64,000 nucleotides of DNA from a bacterium (GTDB taxonomy: Bacteria > SZUA-182 > DTGQ01 > JAFGSM01): the NCBI GenBank assembly GCA_049472335.1, contig JBLIRO010000007.1, positions 13,244 to 77,243 of the forward strand, written 5' to 3'. The notes below the pieces were generated by a model that saw nothing but the letters and a program-made list of their open reading frames with translations, had not been told where the DNA came from and did not search any database. The translations under genes and the position numbers were made by a program. Positions 19,683 to 28,810 of this stretch are shown one piece after another. How positions within the stretch are numbered: position 1 is the stretch's first letter; each line of letters starts with the position of its first letter.

Positions 19683-19850
19683 AGAGTACCCCCAATCGTT
19701 AAATTTATAATCTACTTTTATATACTATAATAAATACTATTAATAGTTTTGTCAATAATACTTTTGGATTTAATGATTAAAGTATATTTCTATTATGCGC
19801 TATCAGCAATAAAGACGTGTCTTGTGAAAATCCAGAATAGATTGTGCGAA
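19471..19850. repeat. direct repeat copy 2 (orphan antitoxin plus upstream region)
   Basis: See copy 1. This copy ends within a few bp of the purC stop codon. Confidence 0.8.
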
Positions 19851-19855
19851 GGTTT

Positions 19856-20578
19856 CTATTGGATATCTGCCTCTTTGCAGACCCTCTTAAAGACCTCCTG
19901 GTAGGCATCCTCCACCTCTCCCAGGTCCCTTCGGAAGCGGTCCTTGTCCAGCTTCTTCAGGGTATTTTTGTCCCATAGACGGCAGCCATCCGGGGTAATC
20001 TCATCCGCAAGGCAAATGGACCCGGAGGGGGTTTTTCCGAACTCCAGTTTAAAATCAACAAGTATGATATCCAGCTCTTCAAAAAAATTCTTCAGTATCC
20101 TGTTCACCTTGAGGCTGATGTCCTTGATATACGCCAGATCATCATCACTTGCAAAGCCGAATACCCGGATATGGTTCTCGTTGATCATGGGATCATGGAG
20201 GGCATCATCCTTATAGAAAAATTCCAATATGGGCGCTTGAAGCTCCCCACCCTCTTCCATTCCGAATCTCTTGGCAAGGCTCCCTGCGATCCTGTTTCTT
20301 ACGACCACCTCGATGGGAAAGATGGTGAGTTTCTTGACAAGCATTTCCCTGTCATCTATCCGCCGTACGAAATGGGTCGGGATTCCCTCTTTTTCCAGCA
20401 GCTTAAAGATGGCCGTTGATATCTTGTTATTATATATCCCCTTATCAATGATGGTCCCTCTCTTTGTGGCATCAAAGGCAGTAGCATCATCCTTAAAGTA
20501 CTGGATCACCAAAGATGGATCTGATGTGCTATATATAATCTTGGCCTTTCCTTCGTAAAGTTTATTTTCTTTTTCCAT
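19856..20578 (-). CDS. purC: SAICAR synthetase
   Basis: 240 aa; LYEGKAKIIYST...DDATAFD...NRIAGS is typical PurC. Confidence 0.95.
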   Translation of the reverse strand: MEKENKLYEGKAKIIYSTSDPSLVIQYFKDDATAFDATKRGTIIDKGIYNNKISTAIFKLLEKEGIPTHFVRRIDDREMLVKKLTIFPIEVVVRNRIAGSLAKRFGMEEGGELQAPILEFFYKDDALHDPMINENHIRVFGFASDDDLAYIKDISLKVNRILKNFFEELDIILVDFKLEFGKTPSGSICLADEITPDGCRLWDKNTLKKLDKDRFRRDLGEVEDAYQEVFKRVCKEADIQ

Positions 20579-20600
20579 GATAGTTCCTTCCTTTTTTCAC

Positions 20601-20650
20601 TTTGCATTTTGCATTTTGCACTTTTCATTTTGCATTTTTGTTTTTGCATT
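20601..20650. repeat. imperfect tandem octamer repeat (TTTTGCAT-like, about 6 units)
   Basis: The sequence is tttgcattttgcattttgcacttttcattttgcatttttgtttttgcatt. It spans the purB stop codon and the purB-purC spacer. Confidence 0.7.
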
Positions 20651-21959
20651 CCCCCTCAAAAATCCCCTCCCCAAATACCCTCCTGAATATGGTATCTACA
20701 TGCTTAAGGTGATATTCGGGAGAAAAGGCATCCTCCAGGTCTCCCTCGTCCATAACCTTTTCCAACTCAGGGTCCTTTTGCAGGAGGTCTTTGAAATCCC
20801 CTTTTTTGTCCCATGCCTCCATGGCGTTTCTTTGGACAATATGATATGCATCCTCCCTGCTGATCCCTCTTTTTACAAGCTCTAGAAGTACCCTTTGCGA
20901 GTATATAAGCCCGCCTGTAAGCTCCAGGTTTTGTTTCATACGCTCCGGATAAACGATCAGGCTGTCTATCAGCCTGGCAAAACGATTGAGCATATGGTCA
21001 AGCAGTATGGTGGTGTCAGGGCATATGATCCTCTCGACAGAGGAATGGCTGATGTCCCTTTCATGCCATAATGCCACATTTTCGAGGGCTGCCTGGGCAT
21101 TGGATCTTACCAGTCTTGCAAGCCCGCACATCTGCTCGGACACGATGGGATTCCTTTTATGCGGCATGGCAGAAGAGCCTTTCTGTCCCGCTGTAAAGCA
21201 CTCTTCTGCCTCCAGCACCTCCGTCCTCTGGAGATGCCGGATTTCCAGGGCAAACTTGTCTATGGAGGAAGCGATTACCGCAAGCGTTGTAAAAAACTCC
21301 GCCAGCCTGTCCCTCTGGATGATCTGTGTGGAGATAGGCGCGGGTTTGAGGCCCAGTTTTTTACAGACATATGCCTCTATTTCCGGAGGGCAATTGGCAA
21401 AGGTCCCTACCGCACCGGAGATCTTTCCTACACTGACAGTCTCCCTGGCCCTCTCCAACCTGACAAGATTCCTCTCCATCTCCGCATACCAAAGGGCCAT
21501 CTTCAGACCAAAGGTGACAGGCTCGGCATGTACTCCATGCGACCGGCCTATCATAACATCGGAATGGTACTGAAAAGCCTTTTTCTTGAGAGCATCAATC
21601 AATACCTTACAATCCTGGATCAGGATATCCGATGCCTGGGTTAATTGCACCCCCAGACAGGTATCGAGAATATCGGATGAGGTCATACCTAAGTGGATAA
21701 AGCGAGCATCTTCTCCCACGTGCTCTGAAACGGAGGTTAAGAATGCTATGACATCATGCTTGACCTTCTTTTCGATCTCGTCTATTCGCTTTATGTCGAA
21801 TCCGGCCTTTTCCTTTATAACCTTTAAGGCATCCTTTGAAATGGCTCCCTTTTCTGCCCAAGCTTCACAGGCAAGGATCTCGATTTGAAGCCATATACTG
21901 AACTTGTTCTCCGGCTCCCAGATCCTTCCCATTTCCGGCCTTGTATATCTTGATATCAT
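20625..21959 (-). CDS. purB: adenylosuccinate lyase
   Basis: 444 aa with MISRYTRPEMGRIWEPENKF... and the fumarate-lyase signature region GSSAMPHKRNP. Confidence 0.95.
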   Translation of the reverse strand: MISRYTRPEMGRIWEPENKFSIWLQIEILACEAWAEKGAISKDALKVIKEKAGFDIKRIDEIEKKVKHDVIAFLTSVSEHVGEDARFIHLGMTSSDILDTCLGVQLTQASDILIQDCKVLIDALKKKAFQYHSDVMIGRSHGVHAEPVTFGLKMALWYAEMERNLVRLERARETVSVGKISGAVGTFANCPPEIEAYVCKKLGLKPAPISTQIIQRDRLAEFFTTLAVIASSIDKFALEIRHLQRTEVLEAEECFTAGQKGSSAMPHKRNPIVSEQMCGLARLVRSNAQAALENVALWHERDISHSSVERIICPDTTILLDHMLNRFARLIDSLIVYPERMKQNLELTGGLIYSQRVLLELVKRGISREDAYHIVQRNAMEAWDKKGDFKDLLQKDPELEKVMDEGDLEDAFSPEYHLKHVDTIFRRVFGEGIFEGECKNKNAK

Positions 21960-22004
21960 AGTACTTCCTACGTCTTTATTTTTATTTATTTTTATTGCTT
22001 AATT

Positions 22005-22769
22005 CTAACTAAGTTCAATAGGTCTTATGGATCTGTCCTGCAAAGCCACCTGAAGCTCAATATGTTTGCAATCAAGCTTTTGTAAGACCTTCATGGCATT
22101 TAACTGTACCATATCGTTCATATTGTTCGTCTGACTTATATGCGCCAATACCACATGTTTCAAATCCGTGTGAATAAGGTCCGTCAACAGGGATGCTGAG
22201 TCCTCATTGGAGAGGTGTCCGAACATACCTTTGATTCTTTGTTTAAGCCACCAGGGATATGGCCCCCGGAAAAGCATGCCCGGGTCGTGATTCGACTCCA
22301 GGATTAGACACTGAGACCCTTTGAGGGACTCTCTTACAAGGTGAGTGGGCTTTCCCAGATCGGTTGCCAGACCTATTTTTGATCCTTCACCATAAAAGCA
22401 AAAACCGACAGGATCGGCCGCGTCATGTAAAACTGAGAAGGATTCAAATCCGATGTCTCCTATTTCAAAACCATTGCCTGCTGAAAAGACATGAAGATTC
22501 TTAATAGGATTGTTCATATTATTTTTAAGATTTTCCCAGGTGCCACGGCTCAGATATACAGGGATGTCGAGTCTTTTAACTAAAACCTCCAAGCCCCTTA
22601 CATGATCCGAATGCTCATGGGTAATCACCACGCCATCCAGTTCATCCGGTTTAATCCCAATCTGGTCCAGTCGCCGCAAAATCTCTTTACAGCTAAATCC
22701 TGCATCAATCAGAACACGGGTCTTAGATGAAGTTACAAATGAGGCATTACCCGAGCTTCCGCTTCCCAA
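22005..22769 (-). CDS. MBL-fold metallo-hydrolase (YycJ-like)
   Basis: It has the motif VITHEHSDHVRG. The true start may be a few codons upstream (KISLKICVLGSGSSGNA reads through behind a G-rich SD up to ~22793). Confidence 0.8.
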   Translation of the reverse strand: MGSGSSGNASFVTSSKTRVLIDAGFSCKEILRRLDQIGIKPDELDGVVITHEHSDHVRGLEVLVKRLDIPVYLSRGTWENLKNNMNNPIKNLHVFSAGNGFEIGDIGFESFSVLHDAADPVGFCFYGEGSKIGLATDLGKPTHLVRESLKGSQCLILESNHDPGMLFRGPYPWWLKQRIKGMFGHLSNEDSASLLTDLIHTDLKHVVLAHISQTNNMNDMVQLNAMKVLQKLDCKHIELQVALQDRSIRPIELS

Positions 22770-22815
22770 AACACAGATCTTAAGGCTAATTTTCCCCCCC
22801 CTCTACATGTCTAAA

Positions 22816-23280
22816 TCACATGCCGGTATGTCCGAAGCCCCCGTCCATTCTATCTGAATCAGGGAGTTCTGCCACTTCTTCCCAGCATGCTGTAATGACA
22901 GGCTGAATCACCATTTGTGCAATTCTGTCCCCACGTTTTATTTCAAAAGGGTCTTTACCAAAATTGACAAGTATTATCTTTATCTCTCCTCTATAGTCTG
23001 CATCGATGGTTCCGGGTGTATTTAAAAGACTGATGCCGTGTCTTATGGCAAGTCCGCTTCTTGGCCTTATCTGGGCCTCGTACCCCTTGGGTACCGCAAT
23101 GGCCAAACCGGTAGGTATCATTTCCCTCCCTCCCGGAGAAATAACAACAGGTTCGCTGACAGCAGCACATATATCCATACCTGATGCGTGATTGGTCATG
23201 TATGCGGGATAAGGAATATCATCAGTTCCGGTTAGTCTTTTGATTGGGATACTGATCCTGTTCATAATATCTATCAACAA
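22816..23280 (-). CDS. dut: dUTP diphosphatase
   Basis: 154 aa with the motifs RPRSGLA, GTIDADYRGE and GGFGHTG. Confidence 0.95.
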   Translation of the reverse strand: MLIDIMNRISIPIKRLTGTDDIPYPAYMTNHASGMDICAAVSEPVVISPGGREMIPTGLAIAVPKGYEAQIRPRSGLAIRHGISLLNTPGTIDADYRGEIKIILVNFGKDPFEIKRGDRIAQMVIQPVITACWEEVAELPDSDRMDGGFGHTGM

Positions 23281-24557
23281 GTCAATTGTTTTTTTTCAAG
23301 GGATATCCCATCCAGCGGTCCGATAGAAGCCAAATTCAGATAACGGGTATCCATGATCCGGTTAGCCAGGTTTTGTATATCTTTCTGTGTGACCCTGTCG
23401 ATGGCCTCCAGGGTCTCGCTCAAAGTGTAATGCCGGCCAAAATACATCTCCTGTTTGGCAAGCCTGCTCATCCTGTTTACCGTGCTTTCAAGGCCCAGCA
23501 TCATATTCCCTTTTAGCTGGTTTTTCGCTTTCTCCAATTCTTCTTCGGGAACAGGGTCCGTCTTTAATTTCTGAAACTCTTTCAACACCAGATCGATTAC
23601 CTCCTCCGCGCTTTCCTTTTTGGTTCCGGCATATACAACAAACATCCCTGTATCCTTGTAAGATGAGGAATAAGAAAAAACAGAATAGGCAAGTCCCCTT
23701 TCTTCCCTGATGGTTTGAAAAAGCCGGGAGCTTAATCCACTTCCCAATATAGTATTAAGGATATATCCGGCATGCCTTGCGTCGTCGGCATGTGTCAGGC
23801 CGGCTGTTCCCAGGCAAATGTGAACTTGCTCCAGTTCCTTTTTTTTCAAGGATATATTATGTTCAATCATCGGTAAAGACTGCTCTGGAAATGTATGCGG
23901 TTCCTCAGGACTGGGTATTATATCTTTTACCATATCCAGGATCTCTTCATGTTTCAGGTTTCCCGCGGCAGCCAATATTATTCTCTGGGATTGATACGCC
24001 TTATGGTAATAATTCTTGAGACTCTCTCCGGTCACAGAGTCAACAGTGGATTTTATTCCTATAATCGGCCTGCCGAGCGGATGATCCTTCCAGAATCTCT
24101 GTATCAAAATGTCATGAATATAATCATCAGGGGTGTCTTCGATTGAACGAATCTCTTCCAGAATAACGGCTCTTTCCCGCTCAATCTCATCTTCAGGGAA
24201 AACAGGATTCAAAAGGATATCTACCATGAGATCCATGGTTAAAGAAAGGTTTTCATCCAGACAATTGGCCAGAAAACAGGTAAACTCTCTCGATGTAAAA
24301 GCGTCGAGGTGGCCTCCGATAGAATCGATCTCTATTGCTATTTCCCTGGCAGAACGCTCTTTTGTACCCTTAAAGAGCATATGCTCAATAAAATGGGTCA
24401 CTCCGCTTAAAGGATCCGGTTCGATCCTTGATCCGCCAATTATCCAAAAGCCAAACGCCACAGACCGCACATAAGGGATGTATTCTGTGACAACCCGCAT
24501 CCCGTTATTCAGGGTTGATTCCTTATACTGCCCGGGTTGAAATTCTTCAGGGCTCAA
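23274..24557 (-). CDS. M16 family (pitrilysin-like) zinc peptidase
   Basis: 427 aa with an inverted zinc motif (HFIEHMLFKGT). The TTG start overlaps the pnp stop. Confidence 0.9.
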   Translation of the reverse strand: MSPEEFQPGQYKESTLNNGMRVVTEYIPYVRSVAFGFWIIGGSRIEPDPLSGVTHFIEHMLFKGTKERSAREIAIEIDSIGGHLDAFTSREFTCFLANCLDENLSLTMDLMVDILLNPVFPEDEIERERAVILEEIRSIEDTPDDYIHDILIQRFWKDHPLGRPIIGIKSTVDSVTGESLKNYYHKAYQSQRIILAAAGNLKHEEILDMVKDIIPSPEEPHTFPEQSLPMIEHNISLKKKELEQVHICLGTAGLTHADDARHAGYILNTILGSGLSSRLFQTIREERGLAYSVFSYSSSYKDTGMFVVYAGTKKESAEEVIDLVLKEFQKLKTDPVPEEELEKAKNQLKGNMMLGLESTVNRMSRLAKQEMYFGRHYTLSETLEAIDRVTQKDIQNLANRIMDTRYLNLASIGPLDGISLEKKQLTC

Positions 24558-26797
24558 TAGCGCCCACCTCCACGGCGAGAATCCCGGTCACCCCTATATT
24601 TCCCATCCCTTTGCTGATGGTTAGAGTGCCTGCGGTTATCTCCGTGTCTATCGAACCTGCGCTCTCCTCTATCCTCATGCCGAGGCGGGCGATAATCCGG
24701 ATCAGACGGGTCCGGTTTCGGAAGGAGCTCCTTTCTGCCCAGTTTAACCTTACCATCCGGATCTATGCCGATAACCTTAACCTGGATCTTTTCTCCCTCT
24801 TTTATTTCATCTTCTATGCGTCGAAAATATTTATGGCTGATCTCTGTTTTATGAAGAAGCCCGTCAGTGCCGGGAAGGATTTCGATGAAGGCCCCAAAAT
24901 CGCAGATTTTCTTAACTGTGCCTTCATAAATTTTTCCCACTTCAGGCTCTTCCGTCATGGCCAGGATCCTTTTCCTGGCTTCCTGATTTTTTTCAGCATC
25001 AGTGGAAGAAATAGTCACCCTGCCTTCGTCGTCGATATCAATCTTTACCCCTGTCTGTTCAATTAATCCACGGATAGTCTTTCCACCAGGGCCTATAACG
25101 ATGCCTATTTTCTCCTTCGGTATCTGAACAAACATGATCTTAGGGGCATATTGAGAGATCTCCGGTCTTGGACTGGCAAGCGCCTCCATCATTCTATCCA
25201 GGATCTTCATTCTTCCCTCACGGGCCTGCTGTAAAGCCTGAACCATAATATCTTTGGTCACACCTGCAATCTTTACATCCATCTGGAAGGCGGTTATCCC
25301 TTCCCTCGTGCCTGCCACCTTGAAATCCATATCCCCTAAATGGTCTTCCATGCCCATAATATCGCTCAAGATTGCAAAGTCTTCTCCCTCCTTAACTAGC
25401 CCCATAGCAATCCCCGCCACAGGCGCCGTTGTTGGCACCCCCGCATCCATAAGGGATAGCGTTCCCCCGCATACAGATGCCATGGATGAAGATCCGTTTG
25501 ATTCCAATACATCAGACACAATCCTGATGGTGTAAGGGAAGATATCCTGGGACGGTATAACAGCCTGAATAGCCCGTTCAGCCAATACGCCATGTCCGAT
25601 TTCTCTTCTTCCCGGCGAACCTAAGAATTTGACTTCACCTACACTGAAAGGAGGAAAATTGTAATGAAGCATAAAACTCTTATACCGTTCACCTAAAAGA
25701 TCATCGATTTTCTTCTCATCCTCAGGGGTCCCGAGGGTGGCGATGGCCAATGCCTGGGTCTCTCCTCTGGTAAATAACGCGGACCCGTGAGTTCGGGGGA
25801 GAATACCCACCTGACAATCAATCGGTCTTATCTCATCCCATTTTCTACCGTCAGGCCTTATTTTTTTTCCAAGTATCAAATCCCTGGCAAGCTCTTTTGT
25901 CAGATCTTCGAGAATAGTTTTTATCTTCCATGTCTTCTCCTGATCTTCCTCGTCAGAAACAAACTTGGCCAGAGCTTCTTCGCTGATCTGAGCAAGCCTG
26001 CGGCTTCGCTCCAATTTCCCCGGGATAACCAGGCCCTCATTAGTCAAAGGGAGCGCAAAATTTCGAACCTGCTCAATAAGCTCGGACTCAATCTGAACTT
26101 CTTCCACCTCTTCTTTAGGAAGACCGACCTTTTCTCTTAATTGTTCCTGCAATGATATAATGGGCTGAAACTGCTCATGGCCGAAAAATATCGCGTCCAA
26201 CATCAATTCCTCTGAAACCTCGTTGGCCATACCCTCAACCATGGTCACTGCGTTCCTGGTCCCAGCTACGATAATATTTATTTTGCTTTGATCAAGCTGT
26301 GAATAAGTAGGATTTACGACAAATTTATCGTCGATCAATCCGATTCGGACTGCCCCTACAGGCTCGTTAAAAGGAACTTGAGAAATGTTCAGCGCGCATG
26401 AGGCACCAATTAAAGAGAGTATATCAGGGTCATTCTCCTGGTCCGCAGACAAGACCATAGCAATGACCTGGGTCTCTTTAGTGAATCCTTTTGGAAAAAG
26501 GGGACGGATAGGACGGTCTATCAACCTTGCAGTCAGGGTCTCCTTCTCTCCCGGTCTTCCTTCACGTTTAAAAAAGCCCCCGGGAATCTTACCGGCCGCA
26601 TAGGACTTTTCCATATAATTAACCGTTAAAGGGAAAAAGTCTATTCCCTCTTTGCCTTCTTTAGCGCTCACAGCGCTAACCAAAACGACCGTATCCCCAT
26701 ACCTAACGGTAACAGCCCCGTCTGCCTGTTTTGCCATCAGCCCTGTTGTAACGGTTAATGTCCTTTGGCCGATCTCCGCTTCCAGAATCTCTATCAT
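24554..26797 (-). CDS. pnp: polynucleotide phosphorylase
   Basis: 747 aa with two RNase PH-like halves plus KH and S1 regions, and an Arg/Asp/Gly-rich C-terminal tail. Confidence 0.97.
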   Translation of the reverse strand: MIEILEAEIGQRTLTVTTGLMAKQADGAVTVRYGDTVVLVSAVSAKEGKEGIDFFPLTVNYMEKSYAAGKIPGGFFKREGRPGEKETLTARLIDRPIRPLFPKGFTKETQVIAMVLSADQENDPDILSLIGASCALNISQVPFNEPVGAVRIGLIDDKFVVNPTYSQLDQSKINIIVAGTRNAVTMVEGMANEVSEELMLDAIFFGHEQFQPIISLQEQLREKVGLPKEEVEEVQIESELIEQVRNFALPLTNEGLVIPGKLERSRRLAQISEEALAKFVSDEEDQEKTWKIKTILEDLTKELARDLILGKKIRPDGRKWDEIRPIDCQVGILPRTHGSALFTRGETQALAIATLGTPEDEKKIDDLLGERYKSFMLHYNFPPFSVGEVKFLGSPGRREIGHGVLAERAIQAVIPSQDIFPYTIRIVSDVLESNGSSSMASVCGGTLSLMDAGVPTTAPVAGIAMGLVKEGEDFAILSDIMGMEDHLGDMDFKVAGTREGITAFQMDVKIAGVTKDIMVQALQQAREGRMKILDRMMEALASPRPEISQYAPKIMFVQIPKEKIGIVIGPGGKTIRGLIEQTGVKIDIDDEGRVTISSTDAEKNQEARKRILAMTEEPEVGKIYEGTVKKICDFGAFIEILPGTDGLLHKTEISHKYFRRIEDEIKEGEKIQVKVIGIDPDGKVKLGRKELLPKPDPSDPDYRPPRHEDRGERRFDRHGDNRRHSNHQQRDGKYRGDRDSRRGGGRY

Positions 26798-26872
26798 GTA
26801 TACATACCTCCGCGCCCCCCATTCTCTAGCTTTTATGTGAAAATATTATCGTTAATCAAGTAGAGAAAAAAA

Positions 26873-27142
26873 CTATTTTCTTATACCCAATTTATCAATA
26901 ATCGCCTTATATCTCTCAATATCTTTTGTCTTAAGATAATTTAGCAGTCTGCGACGCTGACCAACCAGCTTAAGCAGCCCTCTGCGAGAATGGTGATCCT
27001 TCTTATGGATCTTAAAATGCTCGGTCAGATATGATATCCTTCCGCTCAACAGAGCTATTTGGACCTCAGGAGAGCCTGTGTCTGTCTCATGAAGTTTGTA
27101 TGTGTCAATAAGCTCTTTTTTTTGCACTCTAGCCAGTGTCAT
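26873..27142 (-). CDS. rpsO: 30S ribosomal protein S15
   Basis: I placed the start at the internal Met ([32 protein letters not shown]...), which lies behind GGAGG. The 44-codon N-terminal extension in the ORF track is rejected. Confidence 0.95.
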   Translation of the reverse strand: MTLARVQKKELIDTYKLHETDTGSPEVQIALLSGRISYLTEHFKIHKKDHHSRRGLLKLVGQRRRLLNYLKTKDIERYKAIIDKLGIRK

Positions 27143-27597
27143 ATGCTGATACCTCCTTCCTGACTTAATATAAGATATTAGAATACCATAGTAGGACTTT
27201 AAAGTAAAGCAAATACAATTCACAACAGCTCTGACGCATAAAATATTTTTAACAGTTTTCTTTTGATTACTCAATCCAATTTTTATAAAAATTTTATTCT
27301 TTAACCTAATTTTCTACAGAAATAGCCGGGAAAAAGGCTCTAATTTTTTTCAAAAAAAGAGAAAAAAGCCATACAAACATACCACAAGCCATTGATTCTT
27401 CTAAAACCAGCATCAACTGTTAAATTTCGGGTTTAGACATACCTGACCTAATAATTTTCCGCAAGACAGTTTCTTCTCCACTCCAAATTAAGTCTGAATA
27501 ATCTGGACGTTTCATCCATAAAATTTTATAAATGCCTTCATGCCCTTTTTTATACAAAGGGATCTCAAAAGATTTGAGTGTTGTGCCAATATATTAA

Positions 27598-28387
27598 TTA
27601 AGATGTTCTATGCACATCAAGACTTTGATAAAACCTGATTAGAAGACCAGGAAGCCCCCTTTGTAATATCTTCAAATAATTTTTGGCCGCCTCCTGGCGC
27701 GCAGCTATTTCTTCCGAATATGTCATATATTCGGATTTTGCATTATCCACCACGATACGCCTTGTCCTGAAGAGCCCTTCTATAGATTGTTTTCTTCTTA
27801 GTCCTGCCTGCACTTTGTGTCGGGCCTTCTTTTGTTCCTTCCTCTCTGCCACCTGCATCCTGTGTCTTTCCATCCTCGTTATCGGGCCAACTCCTCTCGA
27901 AAGTTGGCATCCAAGATATACACATAAATATCCTCAATCGTGAACAGCCCCTTTGAATGTCTGTCCTGCCTCCCACGACCCTTGGTTTTTCCTATTTTGT
28001 CCCTGTATTCTGAGGCCCAGGTAGAGGCTGTGTAAAGTATACATCCTAAAATCCTTTCTCCCGATACTATTAAATATCTCAGATGTAGCCCAAAGGGGGT
28101 TTTATATTCTAAATAATGATATCTTTGCACATATTCGTTCCATAACCCAACTGCTCCCTTGAAACCTTTTTTATTGTGACCTCCCCCAACTGGTTCATCC
28201 TTCCCTGTACCAGTCCACCAGCATCGGTGCATGGTGTTATGTTTACCTTCACATTCCTTATCCCTTTTTTCAAACGTAATGGCGACAGCTTGATATGCCC
28301 CTGGGCTTCCAGTTTCTCCAATGTCCGCAGACAACTATTATGCTTGTTCGTATCATTGGGCGCCTGCCAGGATAAAGGATATTGCAT
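27598..28387 (-). pseudogene. decayed DUF4338-like gene (frameshifts plus an internal deletion) with a trailing ORF fragment
   Basis: The pieces lie in at least 3 frames. They include WNEYVQRYHYLEYKTPFGLHLRYLIVSGERILGCILYTASTWASEYRDKIG, joined directly to KTKGRGRQDRHSK...IEDIYVYIL. As I recall the DUF4338 family consensus, these are the RYHYLGY...LRY...RD..IGW block and the GRGR.DR C-terminal block, with the middle missing. Confidence 0.5.
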
Positions 28388-28810
28388 TTTTAAAAGAATC
28401 GAAGTATAAAGGTAATATAACTTAGTTTAAAAGAAGTACATTTACAGGTAAGATCTATCTCGATACATATAAATATAATCGCTATTATTTATAGATGGCC
28501 GATGTGAGATAATATGGTCTAGGTAATTGATGTACGTGAAGAGATGGCAGTATTTTATACTTCATCCTATATTTCCGTCTGGTTCCGGAATCCCCTTTAG
28601 AGAGTGCAAAGTAAGGCGGATGTATCGATGTGGATCAATTTTTGCGACTACCAAGTCATGGTGGGAATATAACTACAGCACAAAAAGATACAAGCAGGAA
28701 TAAGATAAGAAAAACCCCTTAAATATAGTTAAAGGGTATCTTGTATGAATTTATCATTTTTTAGTTTTAAAGATATAGGGTGAGCAGGCTTTCTTTGAAA
28801 GGAATAAATC

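Noticed and set aside
20986-21888. Plus-strand ORFs (195, 161 and 100 aa) antisense to purB
   Set aside because: They are shadow ORFs opposite a confidently identified housekeeping gene. Their composition is typical of antisense translation.
24515-26840. Plus-strand ORFs antisense to pnp and the M16 peptidase gene (24515-25066, 25254-25535, 25787-26140, 26385-26603, 26652-26840; also 23286-24474)
   Set aside because: They are shadow ORFs within well-supported minus-strand genes.
26873-27274. Long N-terminal extensions in the ORF track for rpsO (133 aa), carD (186 aa), cysS (497 aa), mlaE (280 aa), the FmdB-like gene, the RDD gene and the 5650-6477 gene
   Set aside because: Internal starts give canonical protein N-termini, have better SD sequences and avoid overlap with neighbouring genes.
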